Positions 16,674 through 27,416 of a stretch of 32,000 bases of DNA are shown one piece after another; position 1 is the stretch's first letter; each line of letters starts with the position of its first letter. The translations under genes and the position numbers were made by a program. This DNA comes from Alkalilimnicola ehrlichii MLHE-1 (GTDB lineage Bacteria; Pseudomonadota; Gammaproteobacteria; Nitrococcales; Halorhodospiraceae): NCBI RefSeq assembly GCF_000014785.1, contig NC_008340.1, positions 300,001 through 332,000 on the forward strand. Direction: 5' to 3'. Below the pieces are notes generated by a model. It had not been told where the DNA came from. It worked only from the letters and a program-made list of their open reading frames with translations, and did not search any database.

Positions 16674-17750
16674 ATGTCTGATCGTACTGTGGACGACCTG
16701 AACGTCGAGAAGATCGAGCACCTCCCCACCCCCGCCGAGATCAAGGCCCAGCTGCCGCTCAGCGAGCAAGCCCGCCGTCTGGTGGTCGAGGGTCGGGAGA
16801 CCGTTCGCAACATCCTGGATGGCAAGGATCACCGGCTGTTGGTGGTGGTGGGGCCCTGTTCCATCCACGACCCCAAAGCGGCGCTGGACTATGCCAAGCA
16901 ACTGAAAGCGCTGAGTGATCAGGTGGGCGACAGTCTGTTCATCGTCATGCGGGTCTATTTTGAGAAGCCGCGCACGGTGACCGGGTGGAAGGGGCTGATC
17001 AACGACCCCGACATGGACGACTCCTTCCGGATCGACAATGGCCTGTTCCAGGCGCGCAAACTGCTGCTGGACCTGGCTGAGATGGGACTGCCCACAGCCA
17101 CCGAAGCGCTCGACCCGATCATCCCGCAGTACCTGCAGGACCTGATCACCTGGACGGCCATTGGTGCCCGCACCACCGAATCGCAGACCCACCGCGAGAT
17201 GGCCAGCGGCCTCTCCACGCCGGTCGGATTCAAGAATGGCACCGACGGCAGCCTGGACGTGGCCATCAACGCCATGAAGTCCGCCGCCCATCCGCACAGC
17301 TTCCTGGGCATCAACTCCCGCGGCGAGTGCAGTATCATCCGGACCCGCGGCAACAGCTACGGCCACGTGGTGCTGCGCGGCGGCCATGGCCAGCCCAATT
17401 ACGACAGCGTGCACATTGCCCTGTGCGAGCAGGAGCTGGAAAAGGCGGGGCTGCCCGCGCGGATCGTGGTCGACTGCAGCCACGCCAACTCCAACAAGGA
17501 CCCGGCGCTGCAGCCCATGGTGCTGAAGGACCTGGTGCACCAGATCCTGGAGGGCAACCAGTCGCTGGTGGGCGTCATGCTGGAGAGCAACCTGGGCTGG
17601 GGCAACCAGAAGCTGGGGGCCGATCCCGCTGCCCTCGACTACGGGGTCTCCATCACCGATGCCTGTATCGACTGGCCGACCACCGAGCAGGGTCTGCTGG
17701 AGGCGGCGGAAAAGCTGCGCGAGGTGTTGCCCCGGCGGGCCGCGGCCTGA
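16674..17750 (+). CDS. aroG: 3-deoxy-7-phosphoheptulonate synthase, class I (AroG/AroF/AroH type)
   Basis: VVGPCSIHDPKAALDYA...RVYFEKPRTVTGWKGLINDPDMD...GARTTESQ...DCSHANSNKD. Confidence 0.93.
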   Translation: MSDRTVDDLNVEKIEHLPTPAEIKAQLPLSEQARRLVVEGRETVRNILDGKDHRLLVVVGPCSIHDPKAALDYAKQLKALSDQVGDSLFIVMRVYFEKPRTVTGWKGLINDPDMDDSFRIDNGLFQARKLLLDLAEMGLPTATEALDPIIPQYLQDLITWTAIGARTTESQTHREMASGLSTPVGFKNGTDGSLDVAINAMKSAAHPHSFLGINSRGECSIIRTRGNSYGHVVLRGGHGQPNYDSVHIALCEQELEKAGLPARIVVDCSHANSNKDPALQPMVLKDLVHQILEGNQSLVGVMLESNLGWGNQKLGADPAALDYGVSITDACIDWPTTEQGLLEAAEKLREVLPRRAAA

Positions 17751-17883
17751 AGGGTCGACGTCGTGAACTGAATCAATAATAATGTAAAGAACGTGCCAAA
17801 ACCCGACAAAGGGTTGGCATACAGGCGGCGGGCGCTGACGCCGTTTCCGGCGCGGCGCGGCTGTGACCATGGAGGACACCATC

Positions 17884-18315
17884 ATGGCTGACAAACGCAG
17901 GCTTCCCGTGCACGGCATTGAGCCGTACCAGCCGGAGGAAGGCGAGGAGTACATGAGCGAGGCGCAGCTGGAGCACTTCCGCCAGTTGCTGCTGGCCTGG
18001 AAGCGCGAGCTGCAGGAGGAGGTGGAGCGCACCGTGCACCACATGCGCGATGACGCGAACAACTTCGCCGATCCCAACGACCGCGCAACCCAGGAGGAGG
18101 AGTTCGCCCTGGAGCTGCGAACCCGGGATCGTGAGCGGAAGCTCATCCGCAAGATCGACCAGACCCTGGAGAAGATCCGCAAGGATGATTACGGCTACTG
18201 CGATCAGTGCGGTATCGAGATCGGGCTGCGGCGGCTGGAGGCCCGGCCCACGGCCACGCTGTGTATCGACTGCAAGACGCTCGAGGAGATCCGCGAGCGT
18301 CAACGGGTGGCCTGA
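17884..18315 (+). CDS. dksA: RNA polymerase-binding transcription factor DksA (alternative in-frame start at 17863)
   Basis: MSEAQLEHFRQLLLAWKRELQEE...FADPNDRATQEEEFALELRTRDRERKLIRKI...YGYCDQCGIEIGLRRLEARPTATLCIDC. Confidence 0.95.
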   Translation: MADKRRLPVHGIEPYQPEEGEEYMSEAQLEHFRQLLLAWKRELQEEVERTVHHMRDDANNFADPNDRATQEEEFALELRTRDRERKLIRKIDQTLEKIRKDDYGYCDQCGIEIGLRRLEARPTATLCIDCKTLEEIRERQRVA

Positions 18316-18341
18316 CCCCGCCAGCGCTGAGCTGAACCTGA

Positions 18342-18380
18342 GGCCCACCCCGGCGCTGCCGGGGTGGGCCTTGTCATTTT
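18342..18380 (+). terminator. Rho-independent terminator downstream of dksA
   Basis: Perfect 12-bp stem GGCCCACCCCGG-CGCTG-CCGGGGTGGGCC followed by TTGTCATTTT. Confidence 0.85.
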
Positions 18381-18436
18381 CTCAAGGGCTGCGCCCCGGC
18401 CCGTGGCGTGGCTGATCACCCCTGCAGGTTGCCCCC

Positions 18437-19192
18437 ATGCACGCACAACGGCTGGTGCAGATCACCGACTGCCACCTCAGTGCCGCCCCCGGCAAGCGGG
18501 TTCGTGGCATGGATCCCTGGCGCAGCCTGGATGCGGTGCTGGCGGCCATCGGCCGCGGTCCCCGCCCCGATCTGCTGCTGGTCTCCGGCGATCTGACCCA
18601 GGACCTGGGCAAACCCGTGCTGGCGCGGTTGCGTGAGCGGTTGGTACCGTTGGCCGACCGGGTACTGGCCCTGCCTGGCAACCACGATGACCCGGAAGCG
18701 TTGGCACGGGTCTTCCCCGGCAGCCCCGTGGATACCGGTGCCACCAGCCATTCGCTGGGCGAATGGCAATTGCTACTGATGGACACCTCGCGCCCCGGGC
18801 GCGTTGAGGGCGAGATGGGGGTACAGCGCCTGGAGGCGCTGGAGTTCCTGCTGCACGAGGGCCCGGCCCTCTGCGCGGGCCACCATCCCCCGCTGGCCTG
18901 CGGTTCGGCCTGGCTCGACGCCATTGGGCTGGAGGATGGTGCCACCCTGCTGGCCTGGCTGAAGCGCCACCCGCAGGTGCGTGGGATGCTCTTCGGCCAC
19001 ATCCACCAGGCCCTGGACCGGCGCCAGGGCGCACTGCGCCTGCTCGGCACGCCCGCCACCAGCTTTCAGTTCCGTCCGGGGCGGGCCCGCTTTGCCTTGG
19101 ATACGCGGCTGCCCGGTTATCGCACGGTCAAGCTCTGGCCCAACGGTCGCCTGACCAGCCGGGTGTCGCGGGTGGCGGTGCCCGGCACCTGA
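18437..19192 (+). CDS. cpdA: CpdA-like 3',5'-cyclic-nucleotide phosphodiesterase / metallophosphoesterase
   Basis: VQITDCHL...SGDLTQD...LPGNHDD...GHHPPL...GHIHQ metallophosphoesterase motif series. Substrate assigned by resemblance only. Confidence 0.8.
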   Translation: MHAQRLVQITDCHLSAAPGKRVRGMDPWRSLDAVLAAIGRGPRPDLLLVSGDLTQDLGKPVLARLRERLVPLADRVLALPGNHDDPEALARVFPGSPVDTGATSHSLGEWQLLLMDTSRPGRVEGEMGVQRLEALEFLLHEGPALCAGHHPPLACGSAWLDAIGLEDGATLLAWLKRHPQVRGMLFGHIHQALDRRQGALRLLGTPATSFQFRPGRARFALDTRLPGYRTVKLWPNGRLTSRVSRVAVPGT

Positions 19193-19198
19193 GCCGGG

Positions 19199-20284
19199 TC
19201 AGTCCCCGGCGAGGGCGGCCAGTTGGTCCGCCTGGTGCTCGGTGCGCAGCGGTTCCACCAATTGATCGAGATCGCCCTGCAGGATCTCCTCCAGCCGGTA
19301 GAGGGTGAGGTTGATGCGGTGGTCGGTGATCCGGCCCTGGGGGAAATTGTAAGTGCGGATCCGCTCGGAGCGGTCGCCGCTGCCCACCAGTTGCCGGCGC
19401 TGCTCGGTCTGTTGGGCGCTCTGCTCGGCCTGCTGTGCGTTCTTCAGCCGGGCCTGCAGCAGCGCCAGGGCCTGGGCCCGGTTTTTGTGCTGTGAGCGCT
19501 CGCTCTGGCACTCCACCACCACCCCCGTGGGCAAGTGGGTGATGCGGATGGCGGAGTCGGTCTTGTTGACGTGCTGGCCGCCGGCCCCAGAGGCGCGGAA
19601 GGTGTCCACGCGCAATTCCGCGGGGTTGATGGTGATGTCCTCGACGGCGTCGGGCTCCGGCAGCACCGCCACGGTGCAGGCCGAGGTGTGGATACGCCCC
19701 TGGGACTCGGTCTCCGGCACCCGCTGGACCCGGTGGGCCCCGGACTCGAACTTGAGCCGCGACCAGGCCCCCTCGCCGCTGATGCGGGTGATCACCTCCT
19801 TGTAGCCGCCCTGTTCGCCCTCGCTGGCGCTGATCTCCTCCAGGCGCCAGCCGTGGCGCTCCGCGTAGCGGGCGTACATCCGCAGCAGGTCGCCGGCGAA
19901 CAGCGCCGCCTCGTCGCCGCCGGTGCCGGCGCGGATCTCCAGGTAGAGGTTGCGGCCGTCGTTGGGGTCGGGGGGCAGCAGCAGGACTTGCAACTCGGCC
20001 TCCAGGGCCTCGAGTCGCGCCTGGGCCTGGCTGATCTCCTCCTCGGCCATCTCGCGGATCTCCAGGTCGTCGTCCCGGGCCATTTCCCGCGCCGAGGCCA
20101 GCGCCTGCTCGGTTTCCTGGTAGTGATTCAGCTCGGCGATGACCGGCTCAAGCTGGGCGTACTCGCGTGACAGGGCAGCAAAGCGCTTCTGATCAGAGGC
20201 GGTGTCCGGCTCAGCCAGTAGAGCGCTGATCTCCTCGTGCCGCTCCCTGAGTCGTTCCAGTTTGTTCCTTATCGACGCTTTCAC
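19199..20284 (-). CDS. prfA: Peptide chain release factor 1
   Basis: [23 protein letters not shown]...[25 protein letters not shown]; RF1 GGQ motif and conserved N-terminus. Confidence 0.98.
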   Translation of the reverse strand: MKASIRNKLERLRERHEEISALLAEPDTASDQKRFAALSREYAQLEPVIAELNHYQETEQALASAREMARDDDLEIREMAEEEISQAQARLEALEAELQVLLLPPDPNDGRNLYLEIRAGTGGDEAALFAGDLLRMYARYAERHGWRLEEISASEGEQGGYKEVITRISGEGAWSRLKFESGAHRVQRVPETESQGRIHTSACTVAVLPEPDAVEDITINPAELRVDTFRASGAGGQHVNKTDSAIRITHLPTGVVVECQSERSQHKNRAQALALLQARLKNAQQAEQSAQQTEQRRQLVGSGDRSERIRTYNFPQGRITDHRINLTLYRLEEILQGDLDQLVEPLRTEHQADQLAALAGD

Positions 20285-21551
20285 GGGTGTCCTCGTTGGC
20301 GTTTTCGATCTGCAACAGGGTGCGTGCCAGCTCGATGCGCTCGCGGTCGCCGGCCTCAGCCGCCTCGCGCAGGCCCACGGTGGGGGCGTGCAGCAACCGG
20401 TTGGTGAGCGTGTGGCTCAGCCAGGCCAGCACCCGCTCCGGGGGCTCGCCGCAGCGCAGACGGCGGTTGGCCCGTTGCAGCAGCTCGCGCGCGTGGGCGT
20501 GGCCGCGCTCGCGAAAATCACAAATGCTGGCCACCGCCTGTTGGGCGCGCCGCCAGCTCAGAAATTGATCCACCTGGCGTTGGACGATCTCCTCGGCCTG
20601 GTGCGCGGCCTCCTCCCGCGAGCGTCGGTTCTCGGCAATCACCTCGCGCAGGTCGTCCACCGTGTACAGGTAGACATCGTCCAGGTTGCCGGCCTCCGGC
20701 TCGATATCCCGCGGCACGGCCAGGTCCAGCATGAACATGGGCCGGTGCCGGCGCTTGCGTACTGCCCGCTCCACCGTGCCCTTGCCCAGGATGGGTAGCG
20801 GGCTGGCGGTGGAGGCGACCAATACGTCCGCCTCCGGGAGCCGGGTGGGGATCTCGCTCAAGGGGATGGCCTCGCCGCCCTCCAGCTCCACCAATTGGCG
20901 GGCGCGCTCCAAGTTGCGGTTGGCGACGATGAGGTTCTTCAGCCCCTGCTCGCGCAGATGGCGCGCCACCAGTTCAATGGTCTCGCCGGCGCCGATGAGC
21001 AGTGCGGTGCGGTTTTGGAAGTCGTCGAAGATCTGTCGTGCCAGGGTCACGGCGGCGAAGGCCACCGAGACCGGATTGGCGCCGATGCCGGTGTCGGTCC
21101 GGACCTGTTTGGCCACCGAAAAGGCGTGCTGGAAGAGCCGGTCCAGCACGCGGCCCATGGTGCCGGCGTCGATGGCGCCCTGATAGGCGATCTTGGCCTG
21201 GCCGAGGATTTGCGGCTCGCCCAGCACCAGGGAGTCGAGGCCAGCCGAGACGCGCATCAGGTGGCGGACCGCGCCGGCACCCTCGTGCAGGTAGAGATAG
21301 TCGCGCAGCCATTCCGGGTCCAACCGGTGGTAGCGTGCCAGCCACTCGCCCAGCATCTCCGGTGCCCGGTCGTCCATCCGCACGTAAAGTTCGGTGCGGT
21401 TGCAGGTGGACAGGATGGCCGCCTCGCGCGCGGTGGTGTGAGCGCGCAAATGCTGCAGTGCCGCCGTAACCGCGTCCGGCGCGAAGACGATCTGCTCCCG
21501 GATGTTCACGGGGGCGCTCTTGTGGTTAAGGCCCAAGGCGAAAAGAGACAT
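20211..21551 (-). CDS. hemA: Glutamyl-tRNA reductase
   Basis: [23 protein letters not shown]...[12 protein letters not shown]...[24 protein letters not shown]; directly upstream of prfA. Confidence 0.97.
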   Translation of the reverse strand: MSLFALGLNHKSAPVNIREQIVFAPDAVTAALQHLRAHTTAREAAILSTCNRTELYVRMDDRAPEMLGEWLARYHRLDPEWLRDYLYLHEGAGAVRHLMRVSAGLDSLVLGEPQILGQAKIAYQGAIDAGTMGRVLDRLFQHAFSVAKQVRTDTGIGANPVSVAFAAVTLARQIFDDFQNRTALLIGAGETIELVARHLREQGLKNLIVANRNLERARQLVELEGGEAIPLSEIPTRLPEADVLVASTASPLPILGKGTVERAVRKRRHRPMFMLDLAVPRDIEPEAGNLDDVYLYTVDDLREVIAENRRSREEAAHQAEEIVQRQVDQFLSWRRAQQAVASICDFRERGHAHARELLQRANRRLRCGEPPERVLAWLSHTLTNRLLHAPTVGLREAAEAGDRERIELARTLLQIENANEDTRESVDKEQTGTTQGAARGDQRSTG

Positions 21552-21691
21552 GAATGGCTACGTGTCAGCGGCGTAATTCGCGCCGGTGGCTTGTCAAAAC
21601 GGCCGGCACCCGGTCCCCCGGCTGGTGTTGCACAGGTGCATCGGGCATCATCGCTATGGTAACGCTTTAAATCCCCGAGGGCAGCATTGGA

Positions 21692-23446
21692 ATGCAGAAA
21701 GACCGCCTGACACCATGGCGCCGGCTTGGTATCGGCCACCGGCTGCTCCTGTCGCTCACCGCTTTGGCGGTGCTGGCCGGCTGCGCGTCCGTCGCCCCCG
21801 ACTCCGCGCCCACCCCCGTTGAGCCGCCCGTCGCGGTGGTCAGCGACTTGCCCCCCTGGGAGGACGACCCCAAGGCGCGGCTGCTCTACACCATGATGGT
21901 GGCCGAGATGGCGCGCCACCGCGGCGACGCCGACCAGGCCCTGGCCGCCTATCTGGAGGCCATGCATCTTACCCGGGATACCCGGCCGGCTGAACAGGCC
22001 GCGCAGCTGGCGATCATCCAGGGGCGGCTCGACGATGCCCTGGCGGCGCTGCAGCGCTGGGATGCCCTGGATGACGACAACGCCGAGGTGGATCGGCTGC
22101 TGGGGTTGTTGCACCTGCGCGCCGGCGAGCCCGATCGTGCTTACCACCACCTGTCGCGCTACCTGGAGACGTTGGACGGCGAGGTGCGCCAGGCCTTTCA
22201 AGGGCTGGGTGAGCTGATGGGCCGTGAGGCGCGGGCGGACGACGTACTCCAGGTGCTGGAGCGGTTGGCGGATGAGTACGCCGGCCACGCCAGCGCGCAG
22301 GTGGCGTTGGCCCGGGCGGCCATGCAACTGGGGCGCCTGGAGACTGCCCTGGAGGCGTCCCGCCGAGCCGCCGAGCTGGACCCGGACTGGCAGGCGCCGC
22401 GGATGCTGGAGGTGCAAGCGCTGGTCAACCTAGACCGGCCCGAGGCCGCCCTGGACGTGGTGGAGGCGCTGCTGGCCCAGGATGCCGAGGACCGCAGCCT
22501 GCGGATGCTGCACGCCCGTCTGCTGGTCAACATGGGGCATCGCGAGCGCGCCCTGGAGGAGTTCGAGGTGTTGATGGCGCAGCGCCCCGATGACCTGGAG
22601 GTGGCCTATGCGGCAGCCCTTCTCGCCACCGACCTGCGCCGCTGGGACCAGGCCCGAGAATACTGGCAGTTCATTGCCAAGCGGGCCTATCAGCGTGCCG
22701 AGGCCTTTTACCGTCTGGGCCGCATCGCCGAGCAGGAGGGTAACCGGGAGGAGGCGCGTGCCTGGTACGAGCGGGTGCCCGGTGAGTATTGGACCGACGC
22801 GCAACTGGCGCTGGCGCGCATGGAGATGGACGACGGCCGCGAAACGCAGGCCCGGGAGCGGCTGGCGGCGGTGCGCGAGCAACGCCCGGCGGAGCGCACC
22901 CGGGCCTGGACCCAGGAGGCCCATCTGTTGTCCGGTCAGGGCCGGGCCGGAGAGGCGGTGGCGTTGCTCGATGACGCCCTGGAGGCGGAGCCGGGGGACC
23001 ACAGCCTGCTCTACGCCCGTGCCCTGGCGCGGGTGGAGACGGGGGATCTGGCCGGGGCGGAGGCGGACCTGCGCGCCATTCTGGCCGATGAACCGGACGA
23101 CGCCCACGCCCTGAACGCCCTGGGGTATACCCTGGCCGATGCCGGTGAGCGCCTGGAGGAGGCCCGCGAGCTCATCGCCCGTGCGCTGGCACAGGAGCCC
23201 GACCATCCGGCGATTCTCGATAGCAAGGGCTGGGTGCTCTACCGTCTGGGCAAGCCGGAGGCTGCGCTCGACTATCTGGAGCGGGCCTGGGCCCGGCAGC
23301 CGGATCCGGAGATTGGCGCCCACCTGGGCGAGGTGCTCTGGGTGCTGGGCCGCCGAGAGGAGGCGCGCGCCATCTGGGAGGCCGCCGAGGAACTGGAAGC
23401 CGACCACCCGGTACTGCGGGAGACCCTGGAGCGGCTGCGGCCATGA
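21692..23446 (+). CDS. Tetratricopeptide-repeat lipoprotein
   Basis: 584-aa ORF with lipobox-like LTALAVLAGC near the N-terminus and many TPR-like units (e.g. LNALGYTLADAGERLEEARELIARALAQEPDHPAILDSKGWVLYRLGKPEAALDYLERA). Confidence 0.9.
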   Translation: MQKDRLTPWRRLGIGHRLLLSLTALAVLAGCASVAPDSAPTPVEPPVAVVSDLPPWEDDPKARLLYTMMVAEMARHRGDADQALAAYLEAMHLTRDTRPAEQAAQLAIIQGRLDDALAALQRWDALDDDNAEVDRLLGLLHLRAGEPDRAYHHLSRYLETLDGEVRQAFQGLGELMGREARADDVLQVLERLADEYAGHASAQVALARAAMQLGRLETALEASRRAAELDPDWQAPRMLEVQALVNLDRPEAALDVVEALLAQDAEDRSLRMLHARLLVNMGHRERALEEFEVLMAQRPDDLEVAYAAALLATDLRRWDQAREYWQFIAKRAYQRAEAFYRLGRIAEQEGNREEARAWYERVPGEYWTDAQLALARMEMDDGRETQARERLAAVREQRPAERTRAWTQEAHLLSGQGRAGEAVALLDDALEAEPGDHSLLYARALARVETGDLAGAEADLRAILADEPDDAHALNALGYTLADAGERLEEARELIARALAQEPDHPAILDSKGWVLYRLGKPEAALDYLERAWARQPDPEIGAHLGEVLWVLGRREEARAIWEAAEELEADHPVLRETLERLRP

Positions 23447-24045
23447 GGCGCGGGCGTCTGCTTATTGCCGGCCTGGCGGCGCTGGTGCTGTCCGCCTGCG
23501 CCACCCTCCCCGAGCCGGTGGACGACCCAAAGGCCCGCTACCAGGAGGCGGTCGAGCGACTGCGGGCGCAGACCGACTGGGACGCGAGCGGGCGTGCCGC
23601 CCTGCGCACTGCGGACGATGCCGGCAGCCTGTCGTTGGAATGGCGCCAGCGCGGAGAGACCTACCAAGTGGACCTGCGCGCCCCCCTGGGTGCCGGCAGC
23701 GCGCGGCTGGAGGGCGGGCCGGAGGGGGTCTGGCTGACCACCTCGGCCGGTGACCGCGAGTACGCCCCGGACCCCGAGACCCTGGTGGCCTGGTTCACCG
23801 GCTACCAGGTGCCCGTCAGCGCCCTGCGCTACTGGCTGCGTGGCCTCGACGCCCCGGGGCCTGAGGTGGAGCGGCTGGACCTCGACCCGGCCGGGCGACC
23901 GGAGCGGCTGCATCAGGCCGGCTGGGAGGTGGTCTACCGGGACTGGAGCCAGACCAACGGCCTGCCACTGCCCCGGCGGTTGGACATCTCCCGCGGCGAG
24001 GACAGCGTGCGGGTGGTGATCCGCGATTGGAGCCTGGCACCATGA
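23443..24045 (+). CDS. lolB: Outer membrane lipoprotein LolB
   Basis: MRRGRLLIAGLAALVLSACATLPEP lipobox; LolB-like body; synteny between the TPR gene and ispE, near divergent hemA. Confidence 0.88.
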   Translation: MRRGRLLIAGLAALVLSACATLPEPVDDPKARYQEAVERLRAQTDWDASGRAALRTADDAGSLSLEWRQRGETYQVDLRAPLGAGSARLEGGPEGVWLTTSAGDREYAPDPETLVAWFTGYQVPVSALRYWLRGLDAPGPEVERLDLDPAGRPERLHQAGWEVVYRDWSQTNGLPLPRRLDISRGEDSVRVVIRDWSLAP

Positions 24046-24917
24046 GCTGGTCCCGCCACTGGCCGGCCCCGGCCAAGATTAACCTTTTCCTGCACATCCT
24101 CGGCCGCCGCCCCGACGGCTATCATCGGCTGCAGACCGCCTTCCAGATCCTGGACCGGGGTGACGAACTGGCGTTCCGGGTCCGCCCCGACGGTGAGCTG
24201 CGGCGCCGGGGCGGACTGGATCACGTGCCGCCGGACCAGGACCTGACCGTGCGTGCCGCCCGCCTGCTGCAACAGACCACCGGTTGCCGGCTCGGCGCGG
24301 ACATCGTGCTGGACAAACGCCTGCCCGATGGCGGCGGCCTGGGCGGCGGCAGCTCCAACGCCGCCACCGTGCTGCAAGCCTTGAACCGGCTCTGGGGCAC
24401 CGGCCTGTCGACCCTGGAGCTGGCTGGCCTGGGTCTGCGGCTGGGCGCCGATGTGCCGGTCTTCGTGCATGGCCGAACCGCCTGGGCGGAGGGGGTGGGC
24501 GAGCGGCTTACCCCCATTGAGACCCCGTCGCGCTGGTTTCTGGTGGTGCATCCCGGGTGCCGCGTGTCCACCGCCGAGGTCTTCGCCGCGGAGGGTTTGA
24601 CAAGGGACAGCGCGCCGAGCACAATATCGGCCCTTCGCGCCGGGAGGGTCCGCAATGACTGCGAGCCCTGGGTGCGTGCCCACTACCGCGCCGTGGACGA
24701 GGCCCTGGGTTGGCTGTCGCGGTTTGCGCCGGCACGCATGACCGGCACGGGGGCCTGCGTGTTCGCGCCCTTCGAGCGCGAGGCGCAGGCCCGGGCCGCG
24801 CTGGACAGGCTGCCGGCCGCCTGGCAGGGTTTCGTGGCGCAAGGCGTTGCGTGCTCCTCCTTGCTTGGGCGGTTGCGTGGTGAGCAGGACAGCGCCGACA
24901 GGGATGGCCCGACATAG
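24042..24917 (+). CDS. ispE: 4-diphosphocytidyl-2-C-methyl-D-erythritol kinase
   Basis: WPAPAKINLFLHILGRRPDGYHRLQTAFQILD...LPDGGGLGGGSSNAATVL; ATGA overlap with lolB. Confidence 0.97.
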   Translation: MSWSRHWPAPAKINLFLHILGRRPDGYHRLQTAFQILDRGDELAFRVRPDGELRRRGGLDHVPPDQDLTVRAARLLQQTTGCRLGADIVLDKRLPDGGGLGGGSSNAATVLQALNRLWGTGLSTLELAGLGLRLGADVPVFVHGRTAWAEGVGERLTPIETPSRWFLVVHPGCRVSTAEVFAAEGLTRDSAPSTISALRAGRVRNDCEPWVRAHYRAVDEALGWLSRFAPARMTGTGACVFAPFEREAQARAALDRLPAAWQGFVAQGVACSSLLGRLRGEQDSADRDGPT

Positions 24918-24944
24918 CCGACGGTGTCGGCACCGATCAACAAC

Positions 24945-25019
24945 TGGGGCGTCGCCAAGCGGTAAGGCACGGGTTTTTGGTACCCGCATTCCCAGGTTCG
25001 AATCCTGGCGCCCCAGCCA
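24945..25019 (+). tRNA. tRNA-Gln (anticodon TTG), CCA encoded
   Basis: TGGGGCG...CGCCCCA-G-CCA acceptor, anticodon loop TTTTGGT in a CGGGT/ACCCG stem, T arm CCCAGGTTCGAATCCTGG. Lies in the common ispE-tRNA-prs context. Confidence 0.95.
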
Positions 25020-25078
25020 TTTCCCTTCCCGCGAGCAGCCGGCTCAACCGGACCGCAACCGCAACGGGGTAGTGCGCT

Positions 25079-26035
25079 GTGAATGACAACGGACGCATGA
25101 TGGTGTTTGCGGGTAACTCTAACCCGCAACTGGCCGAGTCCATTGCCGAGCATCTCAAGACCCGCCTGGGCCACGCCGTGGTCGGTCGCTTCAGCGACGG
25201 CGAGATCATGGTGGAGGTCAACGAACACGTGCGCGGCAAGGACGTCTTCGTGGTCCAGTCCACCTGCGCACCCAGCAACGACAACCTCATGGAGTTGCTG
25301 GTCATCATCGATGCCCTGCGCCGGTCCTCCGCCGCCCGCATCACCGCGGTCATCCCCTACTTCGGCTATGCCCGTCAGGACCGCCGCCCGCGCTCCCAGC
25401 GCGTGCCCATCTCGGCGCGGCTGGTGGCGAACATGCTGGAGGCGGCCGGGGTCAACCGCGTGCTCACGGTGGACCTGCACGCCGACCAGATCCAGGGCTT
25501 TTTCAACATCCCGGTGGACAACGTCTACGCCTCGCCCATGCTGCTGGGCGATATCTGGCGCCAGCTCTATCCGCGCAAGATCGTCGTCTCGCCGGACGTG
25601 GGCGGCGTGGTGCGCGCCCGGGCCATTGCCAAGAGACTGGACGACGCCGACCTGGCCATTATCGACAAGCGCCGGCCGCGGGCCAACGAGTCCAAGGTCA
25701 TGAACATCATCGGCGATGTGCAGGACAAGACCTGCATCATCGTCGACGACATGGTGGATACCGCCGGCACCCTCTGTGAGGCGGCCAAGGTGCTCAAGGA
25801 CAAGGGCGCCTTCAAGGTGGTGGCCTACATTACCCACCCGGTGTTGTCGGGCAATGCCATCAACCGGATCAGCGAGTCCCACCTGGATGAGCTGGTGGTG
25901 AGCAATACGATCCCGCTGAGCAGCGAGGCCCAGTCCTGCGATAAGATCCGCCAGCTGTCCATTGCGGACATCCTGGCCGAGACCATGCGGCGCGTCAGCC
26001 AGGACGAGTCGGTCAGCGAGCTGTTCGTGGAGTAA
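25079..26035 (+). CDS. prs: Ribose-phosphate pyrophosphokinase
   Basis: [20 protein letters not shown]...[10 protein letters not shown]...[31 protein letters not shown]...[10 protein letters not shown]. Start GTG 25079 or ATG 25097. Confidence 0.98.
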   Translation: MNDNGRMMVFAGNSNPQLAESIAEHLKTRLGHAVVGRFSDGEIMVEVNEHVRGKDVFVVQSTCAPSNDNLMELLVIIDALRRSSAARITAVIPYFGYARQDRRPRSQRVPISARLVANMLEAAGVNRVLTVDLHADQIQGFFNIPVDNVYASPMLLGDIWRQLYPRKIVVSPDVGGVVRARAIAKRLDDADLAIIDKRRPRANESKVMNIIGDVQDKTCIIVDDMVDTAGTLCEAAKVLKDKGAFKVVAYITHPVLSGNAINRISESHLDELVVSNTIPLSSEAQSCDKIRQLSIADILAETMRRVSQDESVSELFVE

Positions 26036-26053
26036 GACCCGATTTCAAACGCG

Positions 26054-26077
26054 GGGCCGTCCGCCGGGCGGCCCTTT
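26054..26077 (+). terminator. Rho-independent terminator after prs
   Basis: GGGCCGTCC-GCC-GGGCGGCCC stem (one G-U) followed by TTT. Confidence 0.65.
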
Positions 26078-26134
26078 ATCACAAGCCGCCGAACCTGGTC
26101 GCGGGGGAGGCGGTGTTTTGTATGGAGAGGACCC

Positions 26135-26779
26135 ATGTCTGCCATTGAAATGAAACTCGACGCCGAGCTGCGCACGGAGACAGGGAGAGGTGCGAGCCGC
26201 CGCCTGCGCCGTGCCAAGCGCGTGCCCGCCATCATGTACGGCGGTCACCAGGAGCCCCAGGCCATCACCCTAAACCTGCTGCAGCTGGACCGACTGATGC
26301 AGGAAGAGGCCTTCTACTCCCAGATCCTCACCGTCAACCTGGACGGTAAGAGTGAGCAGGTCATCGTCAAGGACTTGCAGCGCCACCCCTTCAAGCCGCT
26401 GGTCGAGCATGTGGACCTGCAGCGGGTGGTGGCGGGCGAGAAGGTGCATACCTCGGTGCCGGTTCACTTTGTCAACGAGGACAAGGCCCCGGGCATCAAG
26501 GCCGGCGGTATCATCCACCACGATCTCAACGAGATCGAGATCGCCTGCCTGCCTAAGGACCTGCCCGAGTACCTGGAGGTGGACGTCTCCGCGCTGGAGC
26601 TGGGCAGCGCCATCCACCTCTCCGACGTGCCGCTGCCGGCCGGGGTGGAGATCCCGGAGCTCGTTCAGGGTGCGGACCACGACCACCCGGTGGTGTCCAT
26701 TCACGCCAGCCGCAAGGCCAAGGCCGACGAGGACGAGGCGGCCGAGGGTGAGGAAGGCGAGGAGGGCGCCGAGGACTGA
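26135..26779 (+). CDS. rplY: 50S ribosomal protein L25/general stress protein Ctc
   Basis: LDAELRTETGRGASRRLRRAKRVPAIMYGG...YSQILTVNLDGKSEQVIVKDLQRHPFKPLVEHVDLQRV; acidic C-terminal tail. Confidence 0.95.
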   Translation: MSAIEMKLDAELRTETGRGASRRLRRAKRVPAIMYGGHQEPQAITLNLLQLDRLMQEEAFYSQILTVNLDGKSEQVIVKDLQRHPFKPLVEHVDLQRVVAGEKVHTSVPVHFVNEDKAPGIKAGGIIHHDLNEIEIACLPKDLPEYLEVDVSALELGSAIHLSDVPLPAGVEIPELVQGADHDHPVVSIHASRKAKADEDEAAEGEEGEEGAED

Positions 26780-26811
26780 GTGCCTCGCCGCCGGCCTGAA
26801 CGGGGGTGCCC

Positions 26812-27405
26812 ATGACTGACAGCCCTCAGCCCATTCAGCTGATCGTCGGCCTGGGCAACCCCGGCGATCGTTACGCGGGAACCCGGCACAATGCCGGGTT
26901 CTGGCTGTTGGACGAGCTGTTGCGCCGCCACGGCGGGGCGCTGCGGCCCGAGCGCCGCTACCACGCCGATCTGGCGACCCTTCACCTGGGGCCGCATCAG
27001 TGCCGACTGATGCGGCCGCAGACCTACATGAACCGCAGCGGCCAGGCGGTGGGGCCTTACGCCCAGTTCTTCCGGCTGCCACCGGAGTCGATCCTGGTGG
27101 TCCACGACGAGATCGACCTGCCGCCAGGTCAGGTCAAGCTGAAACAGGGCGGCGGGCATGGGGGCCACAATGGCCTTCGCGATATTATCCGGGCCCTCGG
27201 CAACGAGCGGGGCTTTTGCCGTGCCCGGATCGGCGTCGGCCATCCCGGTCATCGCGACGGTGTGGTGCCCTACGTGCTGTCGCGGCCCGCGCCCGACGAG
27301 CGACGGGCCATCGCCGACGCCGTGGAGGAGCTGGCCGACTGCGTGGAATGGCTGCTCGCCGGCGACTGGGGGCGTGCCTGCCAGCGCCTGCACTCCCGGT
27401 CCTGA
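26812..27405 (+). CDS. pth: Peptidyl-tRNA hydrolase
   Basis: [27 protein letters not shown]...[10 protein letters not shown]-like [13 protein letters not shown]...[13 protein letters not shown]. Confidence 0.96.
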   Translation: MTDSPQPIQLIVGLGNPGDRYAGTRHNAGFWLLDELLRRHGGALRPERRYHADLATLHLGPHQCRLMRPQTYMNRSGQAVGPYAQFFRLPPESILVVHDEIDLPPGQVKLKQGGGHGGHNGLRDIIRALGNERGFCRARIGVGHPGHRDGVVPYVLSRPAPDERRAIADAVEELADCVEWLLAGDWGRACQRLHSRS

Positions 27406-27416
27406 CGGAGAGAGTT

